Under the pieces are notes generated by a model, which was not told the origin of the DNA, made no database searches, and saw only the letters and a program-made list of their open reading frames with translations. DNA of 64,000 nucleotides from NCBI RefSeq assembly GCF_001194135.2, contig NC_068983.1, forward strand, positions 72,137,262 to 72,201,261. The letters are read 5' to 3'. The DNA comes from Octopus bimaculoides (lineage: Eukaryota). Below, in pieces: positions 12,779 to 26,300 of this stretch; the first letter of the stretch is position 1, and each line of letters starts with the position of its first letter. The position numbers were made by a program, and so were the translations under genes.

Positions 12779-13021
12779 ATATTTTATCTGATCACACACA
12801 CACACACACACGCACACACACACACACAAATAAACGTGCTTCTATGCTTTACTTTATATCAACATCTTTTCAAATTTTAATCTTAGGAACTATTCATTTT
12901 GACATGGCTATTAGACCATTTTACTGCATACTACCAGTGTAAAAAAATAAAAATCTATTCCCATAAGCAAAATGTGAGGCTTTTTGAGAAATAAAAGGAG
13001 AAAAAAGAATCATTTGGAAAT
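12779..13021. repeat. Local duplication, copy 1 of ~240 bp (copy 2 at 13805-14031)
   Basis: atattttatctgatcacacac...aagaatcatttggaaa occurs twice with few substitutions, differing mainly in (CA)n length. Confidence 0.9.
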
Positions 13022-13804
13022 TTTGGCTTACTTGGAGTTTGGGAAGGGTTGATGATAAGAGCATCCAGCCATAGAAAGTCTGCCTGAAGAAAATTTTGTC
13101 TAACCCATGCAGGCATGGGAAAATGGGTGTTACAACGATGATGATAATATATATTAACTTTGTTCATGGTGGGGCACCCATTTTTGGCAAAAACTGAGGT
13201 TGGGTGTGAGACAAAAAGATTTGAGAAAAACTGTAACAGACCAATGTCCTATCCAGCAGAATATCTCTTATTGCTTAATATCATTAAACTAGAGATAAGC
13301 TCTAACCCAACCACCAAATAATAAATAACACCTTCAACTCCAGACTGAGGGATACAAATACAATATTTTGAAGTAGAGAAAGGCAGTTTGAAAACTAGTT
13401 TTAAATTCAGTATACTAAGAATATTATAATGCTAATTATATCTATTACAATACTAATTACACCTATTACCAATGGTATTAAAATGCAATTATATCTGTTA
13501 AGATAAATCTTTAAACCTCTACAGATATAAAAATATTTTCATTATGTACTAATAATAACTTACAAAAATATCAGTTTTAAATTATCCGAACGATTTGTTT
13601 ACAGTTAGCTGGTTTCCTTTATAGTTCCTGAAATACTCTATCATCTTCTGAAAGCAAATTTCTCCATCTATGCAATGACTAACTTAGCAGAAACACAAAC
13701 GAACAAATCAAATATAATATTCTAGCAAACCCTAAAAAGTCATTTTCAAAACTTTTGATTTGTCCTTTCATCTAAAAAACATCTGAAAGAAATATCAAAA
13801 ATCA

Positions 13805-14031
13805 ATATTTTATCTGATCACACACACACACACACAAATAAACATGCTTCTATGCTTTACTTTATATCAACATCTTTTTCAAATTTTAATCTTAGGAACT
13901 ATTCATTTTGACATGGCTATTAGGCCATTTTAATGCATACTACCAGTGGAAAAGAATAAACATCTATTCTCATAAGCAAAATGTGAGGCTTTTTGAAGAA
14001 TAAAAGGGGGAAAAAAGAATCATTTGGAAAT
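13805..14031. repeat. Local duplication, copy 2 of 12779-13021
   Basis: Direct alignment by eye. Confidence 0.9.
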
Positions 14032-14329
14032 ATTTAAGAAAACTTTAAGAGTCTGAATAATCCATCAGCATTATGACAGCACAGGGATTTAGACTATTGT
14101 GAAGGATTAGTTGAACTGAAGGTTTAAAAAAAATAGTGTACGTTAAAAGGAAAGAAATAGAAATAGAGGAAAAAAATGGATTATGAAAGTTAAGATAATA
14201 AAATTAGAATGAAGGAAGAAACCTGAGTGGAGACTATGACAGAGGATTGGCTCAAAATTATAACTCTGATCAGATTCCAGGAAGAGAAAAAGAAATTATT
14301 ATAGTAATAGTTGGTTTGAACATAAGGAC

Positions 14330-14530
14330 ATGGCTATAAATTTGTGAAGAGGAAACAGTCAATTAAAATGATCCCAGAACTTCACAGGTATTTTATTTTA
14401 TTGAGCCCAGAAGGATGAAAGCAAAGTTGACCTTGGTGAGATTTGAACTCAGAATGTAAAGAGTCATAACTAAATACTATTAGGTGTTTTGTCTGATGCT
14501 GTAATGATTCTACCAATTCACCACCCGTAT
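14330..14530 (-). mobile_element. SINE family B, degenerate
   Basis: ggatgaaagcaaagttgaccttggtgagatttgaactcagaatg is the reverse complement of the family B core seen at 34980-35210 and 42550-42990. Confidence 0.7.
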
Positions 14531-14538
14531 GATTATAA

Positions 14539-14924
14539 CAGTTGTTGGCACTCCGTCGCTTACGACGTCGAGGGTTCCAGTTGATCCGATCAACGGAACA
14601 GCCTGCTCATGAAATTAACGTGCAAGTGGCTGAGCACTCCACAGACACGTGTGCCCTTAACGTAGTTCTTGGGGATATTCAGCGTGATACAGTTTGACAA
14701 GGCTGACCCTTTGAATTACAGGCACAACAGAAACAGGAAGTAAGAGTGAGAGAAAGTCGTGGTGAATGAGTACAGCAGGGTTCGCCACCATCCCCTGCCG
14801 AAGCCTCGTGGAGCTTTAGGTGTTTTCACTCAATAAACACTCACAATGCCCGGTCTGGGAATTGAAACCATGATCCTATGACCGCGAGTCTGCTGCCCTA
14901 ACCACTGGGCCATTGCGCTTCCAC
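14539..14924 (-). mobile_element. tRNA-derived SINE, family C, young copy with TSD
   Basis: Near-identical to 11095-11484. TSD gattataa at 14531-14538 and 14925-14932. Confidence 0.88.
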
Positions 14925-15614
14925 GATTATAATAGTAGTAGTAATACAACAGCAATAACAAGATACACAATTAGATATACTTGTATACAGACACTTGAGT
15001 GCATTAGTTGTTTTTAACCTGAGTTTAGTCTTGATTGGAGTAGACCAATGATCAACGGTATTCTAGCTAAATCCACCCCATCATCAGTTCAAATACAATA
15101 TGCTTAGGATAACGTAGAGAGCTTCTCATTGACTCCATTACATTAGTAGATGTTAAAGACATGCACAAAATGTATTGCTTTGCAGTGTTGCAACAAGAAA
15201 TAATTTCTGATTCAAGCAGTTCTCTCCACTAGTTTAAACTAAAATGGGGCTAGCATGTCTATATGCGCACGCGCATGCATACATACAATGTTACCATTGT
15301 TGGTATATAATGAATATGTAGGTGGACTATGACAAACGCAAAACTATTATTGTTGCTGGTGCTGCTACTGCCACTAATCTAGATTGAAGTCTTTAAGAGA
15401 GTAATGTTCATCGTTTGATGTTCTAAATTCAAATCTTACATTTTGTCTTGCTGCAATGAATAAAATAAGTGCCAGGCACCATACTTTATTCTTTTACTGG
15501 TTTCAGTCATGCGACTGTGGCTATGCTGGGGCACAACCTTGAAGGTCTTAGCCAATCATACTGACATCAGCTACAGCAGTAGTTTGATGACAGGTATATT
15601 TTGCTAAGGTTGAC

Positions 15615-16010
15615 ATGGGAAGAGATTTGCACATGAGAATCAGAGGATCATAAAGTATTCAGGATTTGAGAGTAAGAGAGAAAATTGAAACATCATTAGC
15701 AAGAAGTATATTCAGAATGATGAAAGCAAACTCACTATGGATATGTAAGACAAGAAAGTAGCATGGAAGGTCAATTACGATAGGCTGCTGGATGTGGAGA
15801 ATGCATGGGATAAAGAGGGGTTACTGCATGCTGACCTTACAACAGAACCAGCAATTCAAGTTGGCAGCAGCATGGGAAATAAAGTGATCAAAGATATGAA
15901 AAAAAGGAAAAACTATAGGTCCATCAAAGATAGTTGTGGAGATATTCAAACTATCAAGTGAGGTAGAATACATGATTACCATCTGGATAGTTAAAAGAGT
16001 TATGCAGAAA
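15615..16010 (+). mobile_element. RTE LINE fragment (region just upstream of the RT core), decayed
   Basis: Translates to AWKVNYDRLLDVENAWDKE...NKVIKDMKK..GPSKIVVEIFKLS, which leads into the sequence type seen at 63620. Confidence 0.7.
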
Positions 16011-16259
16011 GGTGCTAAATCTTCTACACTTCCCTACCTCTCCTACTTTATCCACACAACACTTGTACTTCATTCTTTATATTCACCCCCTTACCTACCT
16101 CCCATCTTTCACACTTCTATCCACTTTTGCAACTTCTACCCATCTACATTACTGATTCTTCTGCCCGACTCCTATTTACCTCATGCCTTGAAGATCCACC
16201 CATCAAAGCTATATTATCTCTTCCCAATTTCACCTCCAATCACCATCACCCTATTTTCT

Positions 16260-16550
16260 ATAATGTGAGTAACCATGCGACTCCTTTACAGCAAGAAACC
16301 TTTTCTACTGTAGCCCCTTCTTCCAACTCATCATCTCCTAACCATAAAACCCCTTCTCTCAGGCTCCATGGTTTTCCATGCTGCAAGGCAGCTTCTCTAG
16401 GGCTAATGACACAAAAAGCACCCAGTACATGCTTTCAAGTGTTGACATTAGGAAGGGCATCCAGCCATAGAAACCACATCAATGAAGACAATGTAGACAT
16501 GATGCAGTCTTTCGGCATCATGATGATGATGATGATGAGGATGATGATGA
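16260..16550 (+). mobile_element. RTE-type 3' tail fragment ending in (GAT)n
   Basis: aaagcacccagtac...ttaggaagggcatccagccatagaaacc...atgatgatg. Related to 7720-8075. Confidence 0.6.
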
Positions 16551-16847
16551 TATATAAATATATATATAATTGATAGCAACAAAAGTAATATTAATACCAA
16601 AAGGTAATATTTATCTTTGGCTAAAACTAGATGTTGTGTTACAACACTGAATATTGTGTTACTTACAATGAAATGACCTCTCATATGGCCTTGACGGTTA
16701 TTGCCTCTCAGCAATATAAACATGATTGCTTTTATGCACCACAAGTTCATATGAAAGGTCTCTCATAGTAAATAACATAGTATTTGGTATTCTAACATGA
16801 CATCCACTTTTAGTGGAAGATAAATATTACCTTTTAAGTATATATAA

Positions 16848-16886
<39 letters not shown>

Positions 16887-19287
16887 GTTTTTATTATAAA
16901 TTGACAAAAACATACATGCATATATANNNNNNNNNNNNNNNNNNNNNNNNNNNNNNNNNNNNNNNNNNNNNNNNNNNNNNNNNNNNNNNNNNNNNNNNNN
17001 NNNNNNNNNNNNNNNNNNNNNNNNNNNNNNNNNNNNNTATATATACATGTATATGTCTGTGTTTTTGCTAAGTTATAATGAAAACAATTTTGCGTTAAAT
17101 TTAAGGATTATTCAATACTTTTTGCCAAATACATATTTATCGTTCTTTCACAAGAATAATGTTGACAGTGACTTCAAATATTAACCTGCTTATGTGGGCT
17201 AAGCAGGCTGAAATTTTGAAGGCACTGTCAATACTATTCTTGTAAAAGAATAACACACACACACAGACACAAATATTAATACACACACACACACACAGAT
17301 GGGAAAGCGAAGAAAAATACATGCACATATATATTCCTAAATCAAAGTGAAAAATTGTACAAACACTTATGAAGGAGTTTATAGTTCTTAAATATATGAT
17401 GTGCCAATAAGTCGGCTAATAAATCTATATGTCTTAGGATATGATAGAGAAAAATGGACATGAAATATATAAAGAGGATAAGACTAATACAACCCTGTAA
17501 TCTGCATGTGGAAACACTACACATAAACCTGTGTGCGCATACACATTCACATACACCATTATACTGATTGAATTAATAGAATTGTTAAACTTTTATCACA
17601 AAATTTTATGAGAATATGTTTGATTCCACATCTGAGCTGAAGATACTATGATTGATACAATACAGATGAAATATGAAATAATGTAAATATAGCTGCTGTT
17701 CCAGAATGACCTCAGCCTTGATAGCTAAAACAAAATAAAGAACTGAGAAAGAACTATAGGTAAATCATCATCATCATCCTTTAACATCTGTTTTCCATGC
17801 TGGCATGGTTCAATGTAAATATTCTTTTATTCTTTTACCAATTCAGTCATTTGACTGCAGCTATGCTGGAGCACCACCTTAAATTGACCCCAGAACTTAT
17901 TCTTTGTAAGCCTAGTACATATGTTGTTGTACTTGTATATATACATAAACATGAAATATCTTGATATTTGTAGTCATGTGATATTAAATGGAGAGGACAA
18001 TGAAATGGAGTTTTAACCAAACATTATTACTGATGTAAGAGATACATACAAAAAATATTAAATCTTGAACATATTGAAGTAATTTTAGTATTTCTTCCAT
18101 CTCTTTACATTCTGACTTCAAATCCTGCAGAAGGCAACTATGCCTTTCAATCTTTCTGGGTCAATAAAATGAAGTAAAGTTTAAAATGTAAGGTATACTT
18201 TTTTAATAAACATACAAATTTAGCCCCTAGCTGTGAAATGAAAACAAAGCGGTTATACTATAGGCTTGATCTTTCCATGGGCAAAAAGAGTGTGGCAATT
18301 TGGCTAGTTTCATATCTTCTTGGGGCTTCACCAGAGAAAGAATAGCCATCTTTTGTCACCAGCACCTTATAGCTATTTATAGTGTTAACAAACTAAGGCT
18401 TAGTTAAACTGATCATTCTAATTTGCATAGCAGTGCATGAACTGACAAGGTGGCTTAGATAATCAATACACAGCACACAACACTTTTCACAATGAAGATA
18501 AAAGTGTATGTTTATTAAAAAGTTAAACCTAACATTTCAAATTATCCTGAAATGCCACTTAGTGTATCCTGAATTAACCATTGTGTATGTGTATTTCAAA
18601 TTGAGAAGTTTCAACATAGCTAACTACTTAAGAATTTCAATGAGAAAGGAAAAAGTTGCAGATCTCTTTCAGCAACATTGAATTTCACAACCAAATCAAT
18701 CAGAGATGTTGTTCGATAAATTAGATTTAGTAATTACTTGTATACTTGTGAATTAAATGTAACCATTTATAAATTTAAATTTCCTAAGAATCTTAATTGC
18801 TTGTTTAGCTAGTCTATATATTTTATTCTCATTGTGCCTCCAATTCTTAAAATGCAAGAATATCTTTGCATGTAGATTATCTGCATATAGATACATATAC
18901 AAATAGAGAAATGGTGTGATATCTACTTTTTTAGTGCATTTTATCTATGTAGTATAATACATATCCTACAAATGGAGAAAATCAAATGTGAAGAGAAATT
19001 CTTATTTCATGCCTTAGTTGAAAATTCAAATAACTTTAGTTGTATTAACAGTATACAACAGTCCTATGATTAAAATAATGAGATAAGAACAATTATATTT
19101 TTAATGTAATTGTTATTTCTCTTTTATATAAACATTGAATTACATTAAATACCCAAGCTGAGGATGATGTAAAGAACTCTCTCTCTCTCTTTTCTTATTG
19201 TTACCTTGGGTTTACAACACCATTACTCAACATTGTGCATTTCAGTCTAATGTTTGCTTTGTCTATTTGTGCTGTTGCTAGATTTTC

Positions 19288-19326
<39 letters not shown>

Positions 19327-19539
19327 ATGTGCATGTGCTTAGACGTGTACTTTTCTTTAGTTTCCCTGTGGTGTTTTGTTTTTATATAATATTCCCTTCT
19401 GTTACCACTGACCAGCAAAAGTAACTTGGTAGTAAATCAAGTCTCTCTCTCACATACACACACACACACTGATTCACTTACACTATATCCCTGCCAAACT
19501 CTCACCTTTTCTCTCTACAAAAAAAAGTGTGTGTGTGTA

Positions 19540-19683
19540 TGTTAATAATTAATAGCACTAATTTCAAAATACTGATTTTTAACAGGCACAAGCTTCAAAT
19601 TTGGAGGAGGGTATATTCAATTATATAAATCTTCAGAGTTTTTTTTTGGTATTTATTCTAGTGATGCCAGAAGATAAACAGTA
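19540..19683. repeat. ~144 bp duplicate of 22855-22996 embedded between (GT)n tracts
   Basis: tgttaataattaatagcactaatttcaaaatactg...tagtgatgccagaa(g)gataaacagta is present at both loci. Confidence 0.88.
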
Positions 19684-21487
19684 CGTGTGTGCACACATGT
19701 GCATGCACTTTCACCTCATTCACTCAGTCTCACCCTCACAGTACCAACTTTTTGTTTTCTTACCCTTCCTCCCTATAATTAAAATAATATGAGAGATAAA
19801 ATTATTAGTGAAATCATTGTCTTATTTCCCTCTACTTGTATGGCTGCACATTATAGACCTCTTTGATTTACTTCCAATTAGACACACACACATTCCTAAC
19901 ATCTAGTTCTGTTGATAGTGAAATGATCTACTGGCAGAAAAGTTGGGGATTCCTATCCAACTTTTAATATTTCTTTGTATCAGTAACACAGATAATCACC
20001 TTTCAAAAACACCTAACTCCCACTCTACATAAGTGACCAACAAACATCCTACAATCACTGCACCACAGATGTACAGTGTCCAAGCTTTTTCTTTCCTGTT
20101 TGCTCCTTCTCAGACAAAAAGGCTTTGTATCACCTCTATCTACACTTACATTATGTACCTGCTTTTCTCTTCTCATTATCCTTACTGTAACTCACTCCAA
20201 AAGTCAATATTAAACATACTGAGACTTTCTTTCTTATAACACAGTACTCTGGCACTCACTTTCCCATATTTTCCTTATGAGCATCTGTCAACAAAACCTC
20301 AAGCCAAATTCAACTGTGTTGATCTCACCAGTCTAGTGGGGCAAACTAAAGATATAGGCTCTGTTACTTCTCCTCAAGAATTGTTGCTCCAAAAAAAAAA
20401 AAGAAAAGAAATGATAAATAAATAAATAAAACTAAAGAAAAATCTAGGGAGATCCAATTGATGAGTGCTTTATTAGCTTTCAATGCTAACCTGAAACTCT
20501 TATGTGAATCACTCCAATATACTTTTCTTTGAAATACAGGACATTACTTTTTCTTTTTAATACCTAATTAGCTTTTAAGTACATTTAATTTGCTTCAATC
20601 ATTTATACTATCACTTCAACTTTTCCCCTACACAAAGAAATATTTGTTGCAAATATACAAACTTAGGTGCAATTAATACTGTGACACATCTGTACAAGAT
20701 TGATGATTAGGATTTCTGAGAAAATCTAGCTGATCCATGAACATCTGCATGAAAATACAGATATTATATGATCAAACGCACAATAACGATGATTTGATGG
20801 TAGTTATAAAAATATTGGACTGTAACATTAATGAGACTAATGATACTGGAACAAAAGAAGTTAGGTTGATTCCTAATTTAACACTCACAATTCAATGATG
20901 ATTAAAATGTCGTATTGATCATAAGGAAAAGATGCACTATGAAATTTATGAGGAAAATAAAACTATCATTTGTAGGTAACAATAAAAAGAAAACTGTTTG
21001 AAATAAATCATTCAAACATCCTTCTTTTTCTTGTTAATATATAATATTGTATTTTATGGTTACAATATTCTTTACTTATTTGTGTCTATCTTCAACTTAT
21101 TTTTCTAAGTTCACATATTATTACCAACAAAAATTGTGAAAATTTACATATTTATTAAGTGCATACATTTGTCTCTTTACTTAATGTTTTCTAGTTTTGA
21201 AAAGCCCTTTCAAATCTTTTATTATTAGCATATATTAAGTCCACTGTAACATTTTCTGAAGTAACATTTTTATGACCATATACTTAAAGATTTCTAAAGC
21301 TTGAATTATTTCAAATGTAGAAAATATTTTTAGGAAATAAAACTTTATTATTACCATTATTATTATCTGCAATGAAATAAACTGTGTACACATTTATGTA
21401 GGTAGCCATCACAAAGATGGAAAATAAAGACTTTTATTTTAGTTTTAGAAATAATTAACTTGCTTTAGAAAAAGATCTTAAAATTTT

Positions 21488-21678
21488 ATACAGGCACAGG
21501 AGTGGCTGTGTGGTAAGTAGCTTGCTTACCAATCACATGGTTCTGGGTTCTGTCCCACTGCATGGCACCTTGGGCAAGTGCTTCTACTATAGCCTCTAGC
21601 TTCAGGCCGACCAAAGCTTTGTGAGTGGATTTGGTAGACGGAAACTGAAAGAAGCCTGTCATGTGTGTGTGTATGTAT

Positions 21679-21726
<48 letters not shown>

Positions 21727-21820
21727 TCATCATCATCGGTTAACGTTCACTTTCCATGCTAGCATGGGTTGGATGATTTGACTGAGGACTGGTGAACCAG
21801 ATGGCTACACCAGGCTCCAA

Positions 21821-21868
<48 letters not shown>

Positions 21869-22075
21869 GTTTGAGTGTTTATGTTTGTCCCCCAACATTG
21901 CTTGACAACCAATTCTGGTATGTTTACATCCCTGTAACTCAGCAGTTCAGCAAAAGAGCGTGATAGAATAAGTACTAGGCTTACAAAGAATAAGTCCCGA
22001 GTTGATTTGATCAACTAAAGGCAGTGCTTCAGCATGGCCACAGTCAAATGACTGAAACAAATGAAAGAATAAAAT
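21488..22075 (+). mobile_element. SINE family A with an antisense RTE-tail fragment inserted in its internal (TA)n
   Basis: Head 21488-21660, (TA)n, insert 21723-21826 (catcatc...ggctccaatctgat), (TA)n, then body gtcccccaacattgcttgacaacc...gactgaaac. Confidence 0.85.
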
Positions 22076-22889
22076 ATTTATAAAAAAATTATTGTTTTTA
22101 TTGTTAGCATTAATTGATATAGTATGTAAGTTTCAATGTAATTTCATTGAAGACTTTTAGTCTCCCATCATGTACTATTCTGAACATTTATGTATAAATA
22201 TATACACACACAGAGAGTATTAGAAATGTCTCTTTAGCATTAATGTAAACAAGCTAACAACAACAACAACCAGGGTCAGTTGAACTTTTTAATGTACATG
22301 TTGTCTCCTCTTTCTCTGTTTCATCCTTCAACCCTCCCAAATATAGCCTTCACTCACCTCCTCATAAGGCAGATCTTAATTCATCTAATCAAGATATTTA
22401 ATTTCTGAGAATGCTGTATAAGACAACTAGAAATTAGTTGGGGTTATGATCAATGTCTATGTGAAAAAATTTAAAAGAAAGAATAAATTTGAAGCCTTGT
22501 TTCTGCTGTTTCTGCTATGTTTTGCTTGTCCAGCAAATGTTGGAAAGTGATAAATTCCCATGAAATCTGGCTATAAAAAGCAGTTGACTATGAGGTGTTG
22601 AGTATAAAGTGACAGAAATACAGAGAAAAAAACAAAACAAGTACATTTATATAGAACTGGTGAGGTAAGAAAAAAGGAGGGCTAATTGTTTAGATTTTTG
22701 ATAAAGTCAAAGACTTGTGCAATCAAAGAAATAACTTATGTATCCAGAATCAAAGGTTACTATGGAATACAGTTCTTGAATACAAAGAAAAAGGAATCTT
22801 GGTAATCCAACATTATATTCCAGTAATTAAGTCCTTAATTAATGCCAAAGATATTGTTAATAATTAATAGCACTAATTTCAAAATACTG

Positions 22890-23140
22890 ATTTTTAACAG
22901 GCACAAGCTGCAAATTTGTAGGAGGGTATATTCAATTATATAAAACTTCAGAGATTTTTGGTATTTATTCTAGTGATGCCAGAAGGATAAACAGTAAAGT
23001 CTTTGAATCTGGTGAGATTGTCAACCCTTTACTATTTCTACCAATCAATCACAAGAATGAAAACAACTGACTGAAGTAACATTTGAACTCAGAATGTAAA
23101 GGGACTTGACTTAATATTGCCCTCTACCGATTTTGTCATC
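22890..23140 (-). mobile_element. Degenerate SINE family B; partly duplicated at 19540-19683
   Basis: caggcacaagc..aaattt..ggaggg...ggtatttatt...aaagt...tttgaactcagaatgtaaag. Confidence 0.55.
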
Positions 23141-23326
23141 TCATGCCAATTCTCTAATTTAATAGTATTACACTATAGTGAAAACAGTTTGCATTCAAAC
23201 GGACTATTATACAGATGTTTACTTTTCATACTGGTAGTCATTAAATATCATAAAATAAATAAGCAATTTGATAAGCCAGTGAGGGAAATTCTGTGCTACT
23301 CAACCTATCAGCTTATAATCCCGCTG

Positions 23327-23362
<36 letters not shown>

Positions 23363-26300
23363 ATGAAGAGTATACATTGAATAAAGCTGTCCCAGGTAAA
23401 CTTTGAACAAAAACATGACAGTCATTAGATCTACTTGATCAGGGCCAACTTGAGGTTAAACAAAAGTCAAGTCAAGCAATTTGATGTTTTTAATAATAAA
23501 TAAACATAAATGCATACTTTAAAATCAATAATTTACAAAACGTGTAGGAAATGAATGAGTTGTTAAGATTGCTGGAATGCTAAGTTCAAATCTTGCCATA
23601 GAGTTTGTATTTGTGGAATCACTCTAAACAAGACTCTGCTGTTTTAAATTAACTAAGCTGAAAACAAACAGCAACTTGTTTTTCTCATTTGAAAGGTTGA
23701 CATTAGGAAGATTATCCACAATTGACATAACATTGTTATTAGCTGAGGTTTCAGAATAATGTTAAAATAGTTATCATGAAAAATATGCATGCAAAACATA
23801 TTTAAAAGAAAACACTTGCTGGTAATATCTTCTCTAAGTATCATGACCTGATTAAAACCTTGCAAGCATTTCATTATCAATAAGTTAACATTATTATTGT
23901 CAGTTATATTGATTATATAAATTTAAACACAGGTTCAGTGGTGCAAGGTGATCAATTAATTTAGCACCAGCATAGAGAGTAACATATTAAACTACAATTT
24001 TGTTTTTATGAATATATTAAGATGTGAGAGTATAAAATAATTCATTGTAAAGCATTTCAAAGTAGTGTTCTATTCAGAGAGCTTTTCAAACAAATTGTTA
24101 AAGTGATCAAACATTTTTCTGTTTCTTCCTCTCTGACTCACACACATACATATGTGTACAAGCAAATTAATACATACAAATACTCAGAGGTACTCAAAAA
24201 TCTATAAGTGTGTTTGTGAGTGTGTCTATGTGTGTATGTGGCTTAACAAAAAAAAAATGATTTCATTATAATTTAAATAAATTTAATTATGCCTTTGATT
24301 ATATAATTTTAAGATGGGGTCAAACCTTATCTGTTTGAAAGGAATTCAGTAAAATTATTAGATAAAATGGCATATAAACTATTGTATACTAAGGTAATAA
24401 GCAGTACATTTTCTCAATGACCTTCATTAACAATTCTAGAATCAGCTTCCTTTGTTAAAAAGGAATACTAAGGGGAAAGATTAGAGTTGTTGGTACTATT
24501 TAACCCCAGGTTAGCCTTGATGGAGCAGCCCTGTAATCAGAGGCCTTCCAGTTACAAAAATGTATCTTTTCCTTCTATAGACACAGTGCACTCATGACCA
24601 CATTATCCAATGTAACTTTTCTAAGAGAGTACACAAGCTGTAATTTGAGGGACATTTGGCTACTATATTTAGCATGATGATTAACCACACTGCCTTATTA
24701 TCTTATTATTACCTTATCATCTTACTATTAACTTATCTTACATTATCTTATTATCTTACTAATATAAATATCATTGTATATTCTCTAGATAGGTACAAAA
24801 CCTAAGGGTTTTTTTTTTTAAGTAAAACAAATTCAAGCGGTGATATCCATCGTTTGTAGTTTAAAGGAAATTATTCCAATTAGAAATTAAAAGAGGCATG
24901 CATTCAGCCAGCTAATTGTTATTTAATGATATGTGCCACAACGCATCCTAAAGCTAATAAAAGTCATTAGTTTACTTTTAATCACTGAAACCTAATCCAA
25001 AATTTAATGATATCTTCAATCCAAGAAATAAAGAAACAAGTAAACAGACAATCAAGTCCAAATGAGATAATTAAACTCAAAACATTAGCTTCAATTGTGA
25101 CTTTTTGTTTATAATGAATCTGGTGTTTTGAATTACAATATCAACAGATCAGGAAGGTGAATTGTTAAGTAACTGGAGATAGTTGGTATCGTCAATTGTT
25201 GCTGGTGGAAACATGAGATGGGAAGAGATGAATATAATTGGAAATGGTTGGCATTTACCACTGAACGGCATTTGTTGCTGGTAGGAACATGAAATAGGAA
25301 TAGATATAATATGATGGACATGGAAAAACAAAAACAACTGTTGAAAGTCAGCATTAGAGGATATTCATAACAGGAGTAAACAAAATAACCTTCAGATGAA
25401 GTAGTTAGGTCATACTTGAGATTATTGGTACTTTCAGAGACGATAAGGCAGGATCAAGAAACATGTAAAGATGCAGTCTGGTATACCAATTTAACCCAAT
25501 CTAACATGAAAAATAAAGTCATAACTATTAAAATGATGATGATGATGATGGCAGTGGTGGTGATGGCAGCTTAGTGACTGAGGTGAAGGCCAATTACTCT
25601 AAATAACAAACTGCAAGTTTTAATTATAACCCCTGTAGAGTTCAAATTAGAAAGGTGACTGAATGAATTAAATTAGAATGGTTATCATAGAGCTTAAAGT
25701 ACTATAAGTTAATGTTTTACAGGAATAAATGAGAAACAAAAGAGTTTCTATAGGGCAGTAGTACTCATAAGAAAAAAAACTACATGTAATATTTGGTGCA
25801 TCAAATTAAAGCAGAAACACAAGGAGAAGGAATAGTAGGTGCTAGAGCCAGTCTATATTATAAAAACCAACAACTAGAATTTGTTATTCTAAATGATTGC
25901 AACAAAGATAAATCTGCCAAAGATACGTGACGATCAGATGTAGGTCACAGATCAGGCATTACTATCTGGTGTGTGTCATCACTGGCAAAAGTTTAAAACC
26001 TGAATAGGCACGATTTTGTCAAGCATTTTTTTTTTGTGTACATCAACCGAATAATAAAATTATTGATAAAGATTCAAATGGATGTTACTTTCACTTGCAG
26101 TAGTTACTGTCATCAATCTAAGAGGATATGTAGCAGGGATAATAGAAAGGATGATGTTGTTTTAGAGAAGATTAAAGGACACTTAAGATAGAAAAGGAGC
26201 AACATATGAATATTACTGAAAATGAGGGAGAAGGGAGTCATATAAAATATAAAGATAAGCCAATGTTTACCACAGAGTCATACACTTCATTTATAGAGTA

